42,966 bases of DNA from the NCBI GenBank assembly GCA_045807245.1, contig JBJMHS010000076.1, positions 1 to 42,966 of the forward strand, given 5' to 3'. This stretch comes from Actinomycetales bacterium. Its GTDB lineage: Bacteria > Actinomycetota > Actinomycetes > Actinomycetales > CAVURS01. Both the position numbers and the translations under genes were made by a program. Positions 1 through 9,255 of this stretch are shown here, one piece after another (position 1 is the stretch's first letter; each line of letters starts with the position of its first letter). Below the pieces are notes generated by a model. That model ran no database searches, was not told the origin of the DNA, and saw only the letters and a list, made by a program, of their open reading frames with translations.

Positions 1-189
1 GCAGGCCTGGTCGACCGGTTCCGGGTCGTGATCTTCCCCGTCATCACCGGAGCAACCGGCCAGGAGCGGATCTACGACGGCTACCCCGACGTCGCGCTCG
101 ACCTGGTGCAGAGCCGCACCTTCGACGGCCAGATCCAGCTCGTCGAGTACGTGCCGAGGGTGCTGGACGGCCCACCGGGGCCGACCTGA
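1..189 (+). CDS. Dihydrofolate reductase/RibD C-terminal family protein, 5'-truncated by the window edge
   Basis: My frame +1 translation: AGLVDRFRVVIFPVITGATGQERIYDGYPDVALDLVQSRTFDGQIQLVEYVPRVLDGPPGPT*. The 'GLVD...FPVI.G' and 'SRTFD' segments are typical of RibD_C/DHFR-like proteins. Confidence 0.75.
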   Translation, partial: AGLVDRFRVVIFPVITGATGQERIYDGYPDVALDLVQSRTFDGQIQLVEYVPRVLDGPPGPT

Positions 190-219
190 CCCTCAAGCGC
201 CCCGGCTGCCCTGACTGAC

Positions 220-1137
220 TCAGCCAGAGGTCGCGCCGCTGGCGTTGATCGCCGTCCGCTGGAGCGCGCCGCCGGAGACGCCCCACGTGCCGAGAGCCTT
301 GGCATAGGCACCGCTGCGCATGACCTCGGCCAGCGCGTCCCGGATCACGTCACGCAGAGCACTGTCGTTCCGGCTGACCGCGATTCCGTAAGGGCCGGGC
401 TCGTACTGGGTGTCGGAGGCGAGCTGGTAGTTGGTCTTCGTCTTGGGATCGTTCGCCAGGTAGGCCGCTGGGGGGAAGTCGTTCAGGACGGCCACGGCCC
501 GTCCGGTGCGCAGCTGCAGGAGTGCGTCGGAGTTGGTCGCGTACTGGCGGATCTGGATCGGTTCACCGGCGCAGTGCTGTTGAGACCTGCGCACCAGGTC
601 GACCTGAACGGTGCCTTCCTCGACCGCGACGACATGGCCGCACAGGTCCTGGATCCCGGCGATCGCGGCGGGGTTGCCCCGCTGGACCAGGATCGAGGTC
701 CCGGCGGAGAAGTAGTCGACGAAGTCGGCCTGCTTCTCTCGGTCCACCGTGTCGGTCATGGCGGAGATGGCCAGGTCGATCTTGCCCGTTCCCAGCTGGG
801 GCAGGAGGTGGGTGAACTCGACATTGACGAACTCGAAGCGGACGCCCAGGACACGGCCCATGGCGGCTGCGAGGTCAGGCTCGAAACCGACGATGTCCCT
901 GCCGTTGCGGGCGAAGAAGGACGCCGGTGCGTACGACGCGTCGGTGCCGACCCTGATGACGCCCGACGACTGGATGCGCTGGGGGAGGCGACCGTGCAGC
1001 GCCTTGTCGATACTGGTCGATCCCGCGGACCGGTGGTCATCGCCGGCCTGGCTGTTCGCGCACGCGGCGAGCAGGGTGAGGCCGATCGCAACGGCAGCGA
1101 ATCGCCGCATCGGGTGGCGGGGGATGGTTCGGTTCAT
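220..1137 (-). CDS. ABC-type amino-acid-family substrate-binding lipoprotein (SBP_bac_3/PBP2); no permease nearby
   Basis: Lipobox-like LLAAC; GVIRVGTDASYAP, GFEPDLA, IDLAISAM, VDYFSAG, YGIAV motifs. Start moved to ATG 1137, which overlaps the upstream TGA (ATGA). Confidence 0.9.
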   Translation of the reverse strand: MNRTIPRHPMRRFAAVAIGLTLLAACANSQAGDDHRSAGSTSIDKALHGRLPQRIQSSGVIRVGTDASYAPASFFARNGRDIVGFEPDLAAAMGRVLGVRFEFVNVEFTHLLPQLGTGKIDLAISAMTDTVDREKQADFVDYFSAGTSILVQRGNPAAIAGIQDLCGHVVAVEEGTVQVDLVRRSQQHCAGEPIQIRQYATNSDALLQLRTGRAVAVLNDFPPAAYLANDPKTKTNYQLASDTQYEPGPYGIAVSRNDSALRDVIRDALAEVMRSGAYAKALGTWGVSGGALQRTAINASGATSG

Positions 1138-3125
1138 GTTGGTAGGCCTTCTGGTACGGCGGACTGGTGGGAGGTCGTTGCTTCGATGTTCTTCCGTTCT
1201 CGGACCAGATCCGGCCACGGCCGAGGCTTCGCGAAGTAGAAACCTTGCGCGTAGTCGCATCCGGCGTCCCTGAGCCAGCGGGCCGTCTCGGCGGTCTCTA
1301 CTCCCTCGGCCGTGACGTGGCAGCCGATGCTGTGTCCGAGGTCGATGAGCGAATGGACGATTGACCGGTCACGTTCGCTGCTGGCGAGCCCGGAGACGAA
1401 GCTGCGGTCGATCTTGATCTCAGCGACTGGCAGGTTGCGCAGCTGGCGAAGGCCGGTGTAGCCGACGCCGAAGTCATCGATGGCGATGCCGATGCCTCGC
1501 CGGGCAAGCGACGTCACCACTTGGGCCGCGATGCTCGTGTCGGCCGCCAGTGCGGTTTCGGTCAGCTCCAGCTGTAGGCATTCCGGACCGACGGCCAGCT
1601 CGTCGAGGAGCTCGGTGACAGAGATCGGGAAGGCGACGGACTCCAGGTTGTGGGCTGAGACGTTCACGGCCACGTACCAAGGCACACCCATCGAGGACCA
1701 GCGGGTCTGGTCGCTCAGGGATCGGCGGAGGACCCAGGCCGTCAGCGGCTCGATCAGCCCCGACTGCTCGGCCACGGGCAGGAACTCTCCCGGGGGCAGC
1801 AGCCCCCGCTCGGGATGCTCCCAACGGACGAGGGCCTCGACGCCGACAATCTGGTCGGAGCCGAGGGCGATCTTCGGCTGGTAGTGCAGCACCAGCTCGT
1901 CCCGGTGCAGGGCGCGCCGCAGCTCACCCTGCAGGCTTAGGGAGTGGCCGGGCGAGCGCGTCTGGGCCGGATCGTGGACGACGATGCCGGCGGCGGCTCT
2001 CTTGCCCTGGTACATGGCGGCGTCCGCCGCCTTGAGCAGGTCGTCGAGGTTGTCCGCGCCGCCGGGGAACAGCGCCACCCCGAAGCTGCCTTCCACGCTG
2101 AGCGTCGTGGAGTCGATCACCACCTCCTCTGCGAGGTGCTCACGCACTCTGGTCAGCAGCTCGACCACAGTGGTGGCGTCACCGACGCGGGGCAGGATCA
2201 GGCCGAACTCGTCACCCCCGAGCCGGGCGATCGCGTCGTCCGTACGCACTGAGGTCGCGAGACGGCCAGCCGCAACCTTGAGCAGCTCGTCGCCGGCATG
2301 GTGCCCGAGCGTGTCATTGACCTCTTTGAAGCGGTCGAGGTCGACCAGCACCAAAGCGCCGGTCTCACCGCGACGTCTGGACTCGGCCACGGCGTCGTCG
2401 GCCGCGTGCCGGAACCACTCGCGGTTCGGCAGGCCGGTCAGCCCGTCGTGGAGCGCCTGGTACTCGCGGCTGGCCGCGTGCCGGCGCAAGCTGAGGGTGG
2501 TGTACCAGGACACCAGGGCCAGCAACAGGTACAGGGCACCAAGCCCTCCCAGCAGCGTCCACAACGTCCGGCGGCTCTCGGTTCTCACCTTCTCGGCGAT
2601 GGCGTCGTAGGGCAGGTAGACCTCGAGGACGCCGGTCGCCTGGCCGCTGGTGCTGGCGAGTATGGGTTGGAGCACCCGGATCACCAGCCCCGGCGCCACG
2701 CGTGGGTCGTGCAGAACCAGGGCCGCCGTGCCGCCGTCCACGGCGGTGCGGAAGCCGGGATCCGAGACGCGGACGGTTGACCGGTCGATGCCGTCATCGG
2801 AGAAGACCACCTGGCCGGAGAACGTGCGCAGGCGCAACCGAGCCACGGATCCGTTGAAGATCGCCAGGTCGGTGGCGGACTGCAGCCGATCCAGCTCGAC
2901 CGGACTCAACCCTCGGGACAAGTCGGTCCCTCGCAGAGCCGGCGCGATGGCCATCTCCTCGATCACCGCCGCCTGCGCGCGGCCGTGCTCAACTCCCTGC
3001 TGCAGGGCTTGGTCGCGGTAGCCGTGCAGCAGCACCACGCCAAGAGCCGTGACCGGCACGAGGCTGATGGCAGCGTAGAGCGCAAACAGGCGAGAGCCCG
3101 TGTGCGCTCCACGCGACCTGGTCAT
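1134..3125 (-). CDS. Membrane-anchored bifunctional diguanylate cyclase/phosphodiesterase (GGDEF-EAL)
   Basis: Two hydrophobic segments flank a ~150 aa extracytoplasmic region. Motifs: HDGLTGLPNR, DLDRFKEVND, RTDD-x5-GGDEF, EALVRW, DDFGVGY, AEGVET, QGFYF. Start at ATG 3125 is probable, not certain. Confidence 0.93.
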   Translation of the reverse strand: MTRSRGAHTGSRLFALYAAISLVPVTALGVVLLHGYRDQALQQGVEHGRAQAAVIEEMAIAPALRGTDLSRGLSPVELDRLQSATDLAIFNGSVARLRLRTFSGQVVFSDDGIDRSTVRVSDPGFRTAVDGGTAALVLHDPRVAPGLVIRVLQPILASTSGQATGVLEVYLPYDAIAEKVRTESRRTLWTLLGGLGALYLLLALVSWYTTLSLRRHAASREYQALHDGLTGLPNREWFRHAADDAVAESRRRGETGALVLVDLDRFKEVNDTLGHHAGDELLKVAAGRLATSVRTDDAIARLGGDEFGLILPRVGDATTVVELLTRVREHLAEEVVIDSTTLSVEGSFGVALFPGGADNLDDLLKAADAAMYQGKRAAAGIVVHDPAQTRSPGHSLSLQGELRRALHRDELVLHYQPKIALGSDQIVGVEALVRWEHPERGLLPPGEFLPVAEQSGLIEPLTAWVLRRSLSDQTRWSSMGVPWYVAVNVSAHNLESVAFPISVTELLDELAVGPECLQLELTETALAADTSIAAQVVTSLARRGIGIAIDDFGVGYTGLRQLRNLPVAEIKIDRSFVSGLASSERDRSIVHSLIDLGHSIGCHVTAEGVETAETARWLRDAGCDYAQGFYFAKPRPWPDLVRERKNIEATTSHQSAVPEGLPT

Positions 3126-3218
3126 CCTCTGTATGTCGGCATCGTTGCCGGGCAAATGAACAGGAGATCTTGCGATCGCTCAAACAGCAGCCGGTCTTTG
3201 GCCTGTACGTTCCCGAGG

Positions 3219-3638
3219 GTGGGTCAGGCTCGATCGCTTCCGTTCCTGGATGAGCACTCGCTGGTGCTGCCGGCGGCCCGGGACGAGGCCTGGCCGGTCG
3301 TCCTGGCCTACCTCGGGTCCCTCAGCCGAAGCTCGCACCCCGTGCTGCACCGAGCCCTCGGCACGACGCCGTCCAGTGGCTTCGAAATCGTCGAGTCCCG
3401 GCCGCCCCACCAGGTGACGCTCGCCGGATGTCATCGCCTCTCGACGTACCGGCTCGTCTTCTCCCTACGACCCGACGGTTCCGGGACGCGGCTGGTGGCT
3501 ACGACGTACGCCGAGTTCCCCGGCCTGAAGGGCCGGCTCTACCGCACCATCCTGATGACCACACATGCGCACCAGCTGGCCACCCGCCGCCTGCTGCGGG
3601 CGATCCACGCAGGGAGTGCGCTCAGAGGGCCTACCTGA
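3219..3638 (+). CDS. Conserved actinobacterial hypothetical protein (possibly SRPBCC-like fold)
   Basis: C-terminal part of ORF 2985..3638 (LPFLDEH...GCHRLSTYRLVF...TYAEFPGLKGRLYR). GTG 3219 lies 7 nt after TACGTT, consistent with a leaderless start. Confidence 0.65.
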   Translation: MGQARSLPFLDEHSLVLPAARDEAWPVVLAYLGSLSRSSHPVLHRALGTTPSSGFEIVESRPPHQVTLAGCHRLSTYRLVFSLRPDGSGTRLVATTYAEFPGLKGRLYRTILMTTHAHQLATRRLLRAIHAGSALRGPT

Positions 3639-3660
3639 CGAGGCGATGTCGCTTGGGGCG

Positions 3661-4323
3661 TCAGGCGCTGACGGCGGGCGGCAGCGTGTACAGGTGCAGG
3701 AACGACTCTGCGGCGGCCATGCTGCCGGTGACGACGAGGTCACCTGCGTCGACGGCGTCGGCGAGCGGACGACCGCCGTACGTCACCGAGGCGAACGCCC
3801 GCGAGTCGCCCGCGATGGCAGCATCCGCGTCCGCTGTCTCACCCGCTTCGATGGTCAGCTTCTTGCGCGCGACCCGGGCCACGTAGCTGTCGTCGTTCGG
3901 CCGCAACGCGATGACGAGATGGGAACCGTCGGCGAGCGCAGGGTCGAAGTTCGTGCGCAGCGACAGGATCAGGGAGGCGGTGCCGAAGTGCAGGTCCTTG
4001 CGGTGACGAGGGTCGCGCGCGGCCCAGCGGCCGATCGTCTGCATGATCGGCTCCAGGTCGCGCGCCCATGGGGTGAGGTCGTAGACCCACACGGATGCCG
4101 GTCTCGGCAGCTTCACCCGGGTGACCAGGCCGGCCGCCTCCAGCTCGTCGAGCCGATGCGAGAGCACGTTGGCACTGATGCCCGGCAGCCCGTCCTTGAT
4201 GTCGCCGAACCGCTTGGCCCCGAGCATCAGCTCTCTGACCACCAGGAGGGCCCATCGCTCGCCGACCAGCTCGAGCGCGTGCGCCACTCCGCACGAGTCC
4301 TCGTACGTCCTCGTCGTCGCCAT
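3661..4323 (-). CDS. HxlR-family winged-helix regulator with SCP2-like C-terminal domain
   Basis: CGVAHALELVGERWALLVVRELMLGAKRFGDI...YDLTPW. Divergent from the MFS gene. Confidence 0.9.
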   Translation of the reverse strand: MATTRTYEDSCGVAHALELVGERWALLVVRELMLGAKRFGDIKDGLPGISANVLSHRLDELEAAGLVTRVKLPRPASVWVYDLTPWARDLEPIMQTIGRWAARDPRHRKDLHFGTASLILSLRTNFDPALADGSHLVIALRPNDDSYVARVARKKLTIEAGETADADAAIAGDSRAFASVTYGGRPLADAVDAGDLVVTGSMAAAESFLHLYTLPPAVSA

Positions 4324-4329
4324 AACGGC

Positions 4330-4393
4330 ACGATACCAGATAGTTAGTTTTTAGGAGTACCTACTTGCGAAGAAGGACTGAGGCCGTTAGCGT
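4330..4393. promoter_or_regulatory. Back-to-back leaderless promoters for hxlR and MFS
   Basis: Plus strand: TTGCGA (4365-70), 17 nt spacer, TAGCGT (4388-93), then ATG 4401 7 nt later. Minus strand: TATCGT (4335-4330), then ATG 4323 6 nt later. Confidence 0.6.
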
Positions 4394-4400
4394 CGCCGAC

Positions 4401-5882
4401 ATGACGACCTCGACTCCAGAACACACCGACCGTTCCCGCTGGCTCGCGCTGTACGTCCTGTGCGGCAGCATGCTGATGATCGTGCTGGACGCGACGATCG
4501 TGAACGTGGCGCTGCCCGCGATCCGCGCCGACCTGCACTTCACGCCGAGCACGCTGGCCTGGGTGGTGAACGCCTACCTGATCGCCTTCGGTGGCCTGCT
4601 ACTCCTCTCGGGCCGGCTGGGGGACCTCATCGGGCGGCGCCGCATCTTCCTGATCGGCCTGGCCGTGTTCACCACGGCATCCGCCACGTGTGGGTTGGCG
4701 GCCAACCAGCAGATGCTGGTGGTGGCCAGGTTCGTCCAAGGTGCCGGCGGCGCGCTCGTGTCCGCAGTGGTGCTCGGCATGATCGTCACGATGTTTCCCG
4801 GTCCGCAGGAGCAGGCCAAGGCGATCGGCGTCTTCGCGTTCGTCGCGTCGGCCGGTGGCGCTGTAGGACTGCTGGCCGGCGGCGTCATCGCACAGGCGAT
4901 CAGCTGGCACTGGATCTTCTTCGTCAACGTGCCGGTCGGCGTCGCTGTGGCGTTCGCCGCGCTGCGCCTGGTCCCGGCTGACCGCGGCCAGGGCTTCGGC
5001 GAGGGAGCAGACCTGCTCGGAGCGGGCCTGGTCACCGGTGCGCTGATGCTCGCGGTGTACACCATCGTCAAGCCGGCTGCGGAGAGCGGCTGGCTGGCAC
5101 CTGAGACGCTGACACTCGGTGCGTTCAGCGGCGCACTCCTGGCGGGTTTCGTTGCGCGGCAGCGATACGCACCCAGCCCCCTGGTCCCGCTTGCGCTCTT
5201 CCGCTCCCGCAGTCTCGTCGGTGCGAACCTGGTCCAGCTGATGGGAGCGGCCGGCATGTTCGGTGCGTTCTTCCTCGGCACCCTGTACCTGCAGAACATG
5301 CAGCACTACAGCGCGCTGCAGATCGGTCTCGCGTTCCTGCCCGTCACCATCTGCATGGGCACGCTGTCCGTGCGGTACTCCGAGCGGCTCATCACCAGGT
5401 TCGGCGCCCGCGCGGTGGCCCTGACCGGCCTCGTGCTGATGGCCGTCGCGCTCGCATTGCTGGCGGTTGCGCCGTCCGACGCGGACTACGTGACCCAGCT
5501 CCTGCCGACCATGGCGCTGCTCGGTCTCGGCGCGGGTGCATCTTTCCCGGCGCTCATCGGGTTCGCCATGGCCGGCGTCGAACCGCAGCAGGCCGGGCTC
5601 GCCTCCGGCCTGGTGAACACGACGGCTCAGATCGGCGGCGCTCTAGGCCTGGCCGTGCTCGCCACGCTCGCCTCGACCCGGACGCAGCACCTCACGTCGT
5701 CCGGGAGCGCCCAGAACGGAGCGCTGCTCAGCGGTTACCACCTGGCGTTCTGGATCGCGGCCGGTCTGATGGCGGTGGCCGTTGCCGTCGCCGCCGGACT
5801 CCTCAGCCGTCCCTCGTCGGCACCCGAGGCGGCCGCGGAGCGGGCCCTCGACCACGATGAGCCGGCACTCGTGGGCGGGTGA
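4401..5882 (+). CDS. MFS DHA2 (EmrB/QacA-like, 14-TMS) efflux transporter
   Basis: LDATIVNVALP, GRLGDLIGRRR and WHWIFFVNVPVG motifs. Confidence 0.92.
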   Translation: MTTSTPEHTDRSRWLALYVLCGSMLMIVLDATIVNVALPAIRADLHFTPSTLAWVVNAYLIAFGGLLLLSGRLGDLIGRRRIFLIGLAVFTTASATCGLAANQQMLVVARFVQGAGGALVSAVVLGMIVTMFPGPQEQAKAIGVFAFVASAGGAVGLLAGGVIAQAISWHWIFFVNVPVGVAVAFAALRLVPADRGQGFGEGADLLGAGLVTGALMLAVYTIVKPAAESGWLAPETLTLGAFSGALLAGFVARQRYAPSPLVPLALFRSRSLVGANLVQLMGAAGMFGAFFLGTLYLQNMQHYSALQIGLAFLPVTICMGTLSVRYSERLITRFGARAVALTGLVLMAVALALLAVAPSDADYVTQLLPTMALLGLGAGASFPALIGFAMAGVEPQQAGLASGLVNTTAQIGGALGLAVLATLASTRTQHLTSSGSAQNGALLSGYHLAFWIAAGLMAVAVAVAAGLLSRPSSAPEAAAERALDHDEPALVGG

Positions 5883-5926
5883 GCTGGTAGAGGCGGGCGG
5901 GGATCAGGACTGGTTCACGAACCACG

Positions 5927-7021
5927 TCATGGGCGCAGCCTGGCCTTCGGCGGTGCCGCTGTGGAGCCGCGGGGCACCAGCGTCCCGGCGAGCCGGTGGT
6001 GACGGCGCTTGCGCTGCGGGTCGGCGATGCGGCGCAGCAGCAGGTCGCACGCCTTGACCCCGATCTCATGGACGGGCTGTCGCAGCACCGACAGCGAGGG
6101 CGAGACGACCTCGGCCCATTCGGCGTCGTCGAAGCCGATGACCGACACGTCGTCGGGGCAGCGCAGCCCGGCCCGGCGCAGGCCGAGCAGGACGCCCATG
6201 GCCAGGATGCTGTCGAAGGCCACGACGGCCGTGGGTGGCTCGGGCAAAGCCATGAGCCGGCGCACCGACTCGGTCGCGTCGTCGCGCCGGAAGCCCCCGG
6301 CCGTGAGGTACTCAGCCCTGGGCCGGATCCCGGCGTCCCGCAGCGCATCGCGGTAGCCGGCGGCCCGTGACCCGAGGGTCGTGAACGGGATCCGTTCGAC
6401 GTCGACCATCCCCGGCCGACGCAGGGCGGCCTCCGCCGCCGGCGTACCGCCCGTCACCAGGCTGATCCGGCGATGCCCCAGCTCGATCAGGTGAGTCGTG
6501 GCGTCGTACGCCGCGCGGCGGTTGTCCAGGCCGACGCTGTCCACGCTGAGCCCGGGAGCAGGACGGTCCAACAGCACGATGGGGACGTTGGACCGGACCA
6601 TGGCCCGCAGTTGCGCATGCTCGTCGCCCTCGACCGGACACAGGATGAGCCCCTCGATGCGCCGCTCGAACAGGGCCGAGACAGCCTTACGTTCGTCGTC
6701 CGGGTCCTCGTCCGTGTTGGCCAGCAGGACGTCGTACCCCCGCGCGCGGGCGGTGTCGCTGATCCCGCGCAGCACGCCGTAGAAGAACGGGTTCTCGATG
6801 TCGGCCAGCACAACGCCGATGGAATGCGTCTGGCCGGTGATCATGCTGCGGGCCAGCCCGTTCGCGCGGTAGCCGATCTCCGCGGCTGCGTCCTGCACGC
6901 GTTGAAGCGTGGCCGGGCTGACGGAGCCGTAACCTCCGAGCGCCCGCGCCGCGGTGGCGGTCGAGACGCCGGCTGCCCGGGCCACGTCGAGGACGGTGGC
7001 GACCCCCGCACCTCTGTCCAC
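5927..7021 (-). CDS. LacI-family transcriptional regulator (copy 1)
   Basis: HTH ATVLDVARAAGVSTATAARAL, YRANGLARSM, NPFF, PDDVSVIGFDD. GTG 7021 has GGAGG 5 nt upstream. Confidence 0.92.
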   Translation of the reverse strand: MDRGAGVATVLDVARAAGVSTATAARALGGYGSVSPATLQRVQDAAAEIGYRANGLARSMITGQTHSIGVVLADIENPFFYGVLRGISDTARARGYDVLLANTDEDPDDERKAVSALFERRIEGLILCPVEGDEHAQLRAMVRSNVPIVLLDRPAPGLSVDSVGLDNRRAAYDATTHLIELGHRRISLVTGGTPAAEAALRRPGMVDVERIPFTTLGSRAAGYRDALRDAGIRPRAEYLTAGGFRRDDATESVRRLMALPEPPTAVVAFDSILAMGVLLGLRRAGLRCPDDVSVIGFDDAEWAEVVSPSLSVLRQPVHEIGVKACDLLLRRIADPQRKRRHHRLAGTLVPRGSTAAPPKARLRP

Positions 7022-7160
7022 GCCAGCCTCCGAGTCCACGACCGCGATCTGCTTCGCCGTCGGTGTCGCCACGACCGTACCGGCGCGCTCGGCCGATGCG
7101 CCGGAACCGAGCGGGACGACCCTCAGCCGCACCGGAACCTCACGATCCGGTATCGACGGC

Positions 7161-7218
7161 TTGACATCATGGCCGTCGCGATGAGAGCGTTCCCAATCAG
7201 TTGTTGAGAACGTTATCA
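7161..7218 (+). promoter_or_regulatory. Promoter of the fructosamine operon with two LacI-type operators
   Basis: TTGACA at 7161-66. CG-centred palindromes TGAGAGCGTTCCCA (7182-7195) and TGAGAACGTTATCA (7205-7218). Confidence 0.75.
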
Positions 7219-7240
7219 ATCACATGAGACGGAGCGCCAC

Positions 7241-8239
7241 ATGCCGGAGACCCTGCCCCTCAAGCCCATCGACGCGGACACGGCGGACAAGCTCGCCGCG
7301 GCCGTCGGCGAGCGCGAGGCCATCGCCGAGGCCATTGCGCCCGTGGTGGAGTCAGGCCTGCGGAACGTCTACTTCGTCGGGGCCGGCGGCTCGATCATCT
7401 GCAGCTATCCGGCGCACTACGTCCTCCAGCAGCGCAGCTCGCTGCCGGCCTTCCAGCTGCAGAGCGACGAGCTCAACTCGAGCGTCCCGGCGCTGATGGG
7501 TCCCGGCTCTTTGGTCGTCCTCGCGTCGTACACGGGCAAGACCAAGGAGACCGTCCAGGCCGCCAAGACGGCCAAGGCCACCGGTGCCACGGTGATCGGT
7601 GCCGCCAAGGAGGGGAGCCCTCTGGCCGAGGCGCTGGAGGTGGCCTTCGCCGGCAAGAGTGACCTGTTCGAGCTGCTCGTCGCCTATGCGGTGCTCGAGG
7701 CGACCGGTGCTGACCTCGACCGGTCCGCTGTTGCCGACATGCTCGCCGCCCTGCCGGACGCGGTGCTCGACGCGGTGAAGGAGTCAGAGGCGCACCTCGC
7801 CGACATTGCGAACGCGTTCAAGGACGAGCCGATCACCTACGTCCTGGGCTCCGGGCCGTGCTACGGCTGGGCGTACGGCCTGGCCATGTGCTTCCTGCAG
7901 GAGATGCAGTGGAAGCACGCCGCGGCGTTCAACACGGGCGAGTTCTTCCAGGGCGCCTTCGAGATGGTCGACGACGACACCGCCGTCCTGCTCTGGCTGG
8001 GCGACGACGCCTCTCGCCCGATGGCTGAGCGGGGCAAGCGCTTCCTGGAGAGGTACTGCAAGAAGGCCCGGTACGTCGACGTTGCCGACCTATCGCTGCC
8101 GGGAGTCGCCAAGGACTTCCGGGGCGACGTCTCCGGGATCGTCGTCGGTGCGCTCGCGAACCGCTTGGCCCAGCACTACGAGTCGCTGCGCGGACACGAC
8201 CTGGAGCAGCGGCACTACATGTTCAAGGTGGACTACTGA
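7241..8239 (+). CDS. SIS-domain sugar-phosphate deglycase, FrlB/FraB-like (paralogue 1, His motif altered)
   Basis: VYFVGAGGS, SYTGKTKET, LQEMQW, GEFFQGAFE and a C-terminal RHYMFKVDY. Confidence 0.85.
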   Translation: MPETLPLKPIDADTADKLAAAVGEREAIAEAIAPVVESGLRNVYFVGAGGSIICSYPAHYVLQQRSSLPAFQLQSDELNSSVPALMGPGSLVVLASYTGKTKETVQAAKTAKATGATVIGAAKEGSPLAEALEVAFAGKSDLFELLVAYAVLEATGADLDRSAVADMLAALPDAVLDAVKESEAHLADIANAFKDEPITYVLGSGPCYGWAYGLAMCFLQEMQWKHAAAFNTGEFFQGAFEMVDDDTAVLLWLGDDASRPMAERGKRFLERYCKKARYVDVADLSLPGVAKDFRGDVSGIVVGALANRLAQHYESLRGHDLEQRHYMFKVDY

Positions 8240-8241
8240 GC

Positions 8242-9255
8242 ATGCTGAGCTTCGACCCCGACCGCTACGACCGCATCCAGGCCGGCGCCGTGGCCCAGGC
8301 GCCCCGCTTGCGTGACGTGGTCGGTCAGTGCCTCGGGGCGGGGGCGCGGAACCTGTTCTTCGCGGGCTCGGGTGGTGCGGGCATCCTCATGCTGCCTGCG
8401 GCGCAGCTCCTCGCGACGCGCTCCACCCTCCCGGTGTACGTCGTGAACCCGGCGGAGCTGGTCGAGTCGGGCAATGTCAACCTGGGGCCGGACTCGGTGG
8501 TGGTCCTGCCGTCGCTGTCGGGGACGACGACCGAGAGTGTGGCCGCATCGGAGTACTGCCGCGGAGTGGGTGCGACGGTCATTGTGCTGACCGGTCACGA
8601 CAACACACCGCTGTCCGAGAACGCTGAGCACACCTTCGTCAACTTCGCCGAGGACGACACGTCCTGCGAGTCGTTCTATCTCCAGTCCCTCATCCTCGCG
8701 CTCGCCGTCCTCGACGTCCGCGGCGAGAGCGACGAGTACGGCGAGGTCGTGCGTCAGCTCGAGCGCTTGCCGCAGCTGCTGCTCGGTGTGAAGGAGCAGG
8801 CCGAGGAGCGGGCCGACGAGGTCGCGGCCCGGCTGCAGGCCAACGACTTCCACATCATCACCGGCGCCGGCTCGACCTGGGCCGAGGCCTTCTACTACGG
8901 GATGTGCATCCTGGAGGAGATGCAGTGGATCCGGACCCGCCCGGTCCACGCGTCCGACTTCTTTCACGGCACCCTCGAGCTCGTCGAACCAGGCGTCAGC
9001 GTCGTCCTGCTCAAGGGTGAGGACCCGACGCGGCCGCTGGTCGAGCGGGTCGAGAAGTTCCTGCCGTCCGTGACCGACTCCATGCTCGTCCTCGACTCGG
9101 CCGACTTCGACCTGCCGGGAGTCGACGCCCGCGTGCGCACGCTCATCTCGCCGGTCATCCTGGCCGCCCTCCTGGAGCGGGTGAGCGCGCATCTCGAGGT
9201 GCGCAGGAACCATCCGCTCACGACCCGGCGCTACTACAAGCGCGTGGCGTACTGA
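8242..9255 (+). CDS. frlB: SIS-domain fructosamine-6-phosphate deglycase, FrlB-like (paralogue 2)
   Basis: FFAGSGG, SLSGTTTES, ILEEMQW, SDFFHGTLE and HPLTTRRYY. Confidence 0.85.
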   Translation: MLSFDPDRYDRIQAGAVAQAPRLRDVVGQCLGAGARNLFFAGSGGAGILMLPAAQLLATRSTLPVYVVNPAELVESGNVNLGPDSVVVLPSLSGTTTESVAASEYCRGVGATVIVLTGHDNTPLSENAEHTFVNFAEDDTSCESFYLQSLILALAVLDVRGESDEYGEVVRQLERLPQLLLGVKEQAEERADEVAARLQANDFHIITGAGSTWAEAFYYGMCILEEMQWIRTRPVHASDFFHGTLELVEPGVSVVLLKGEDPTRPLVERVEKFLPSVTDSMLVLDSADFDLPGVDARVRTLISPVILAALLERVSAHLEVRRNHPLTTRRYYKRVAY

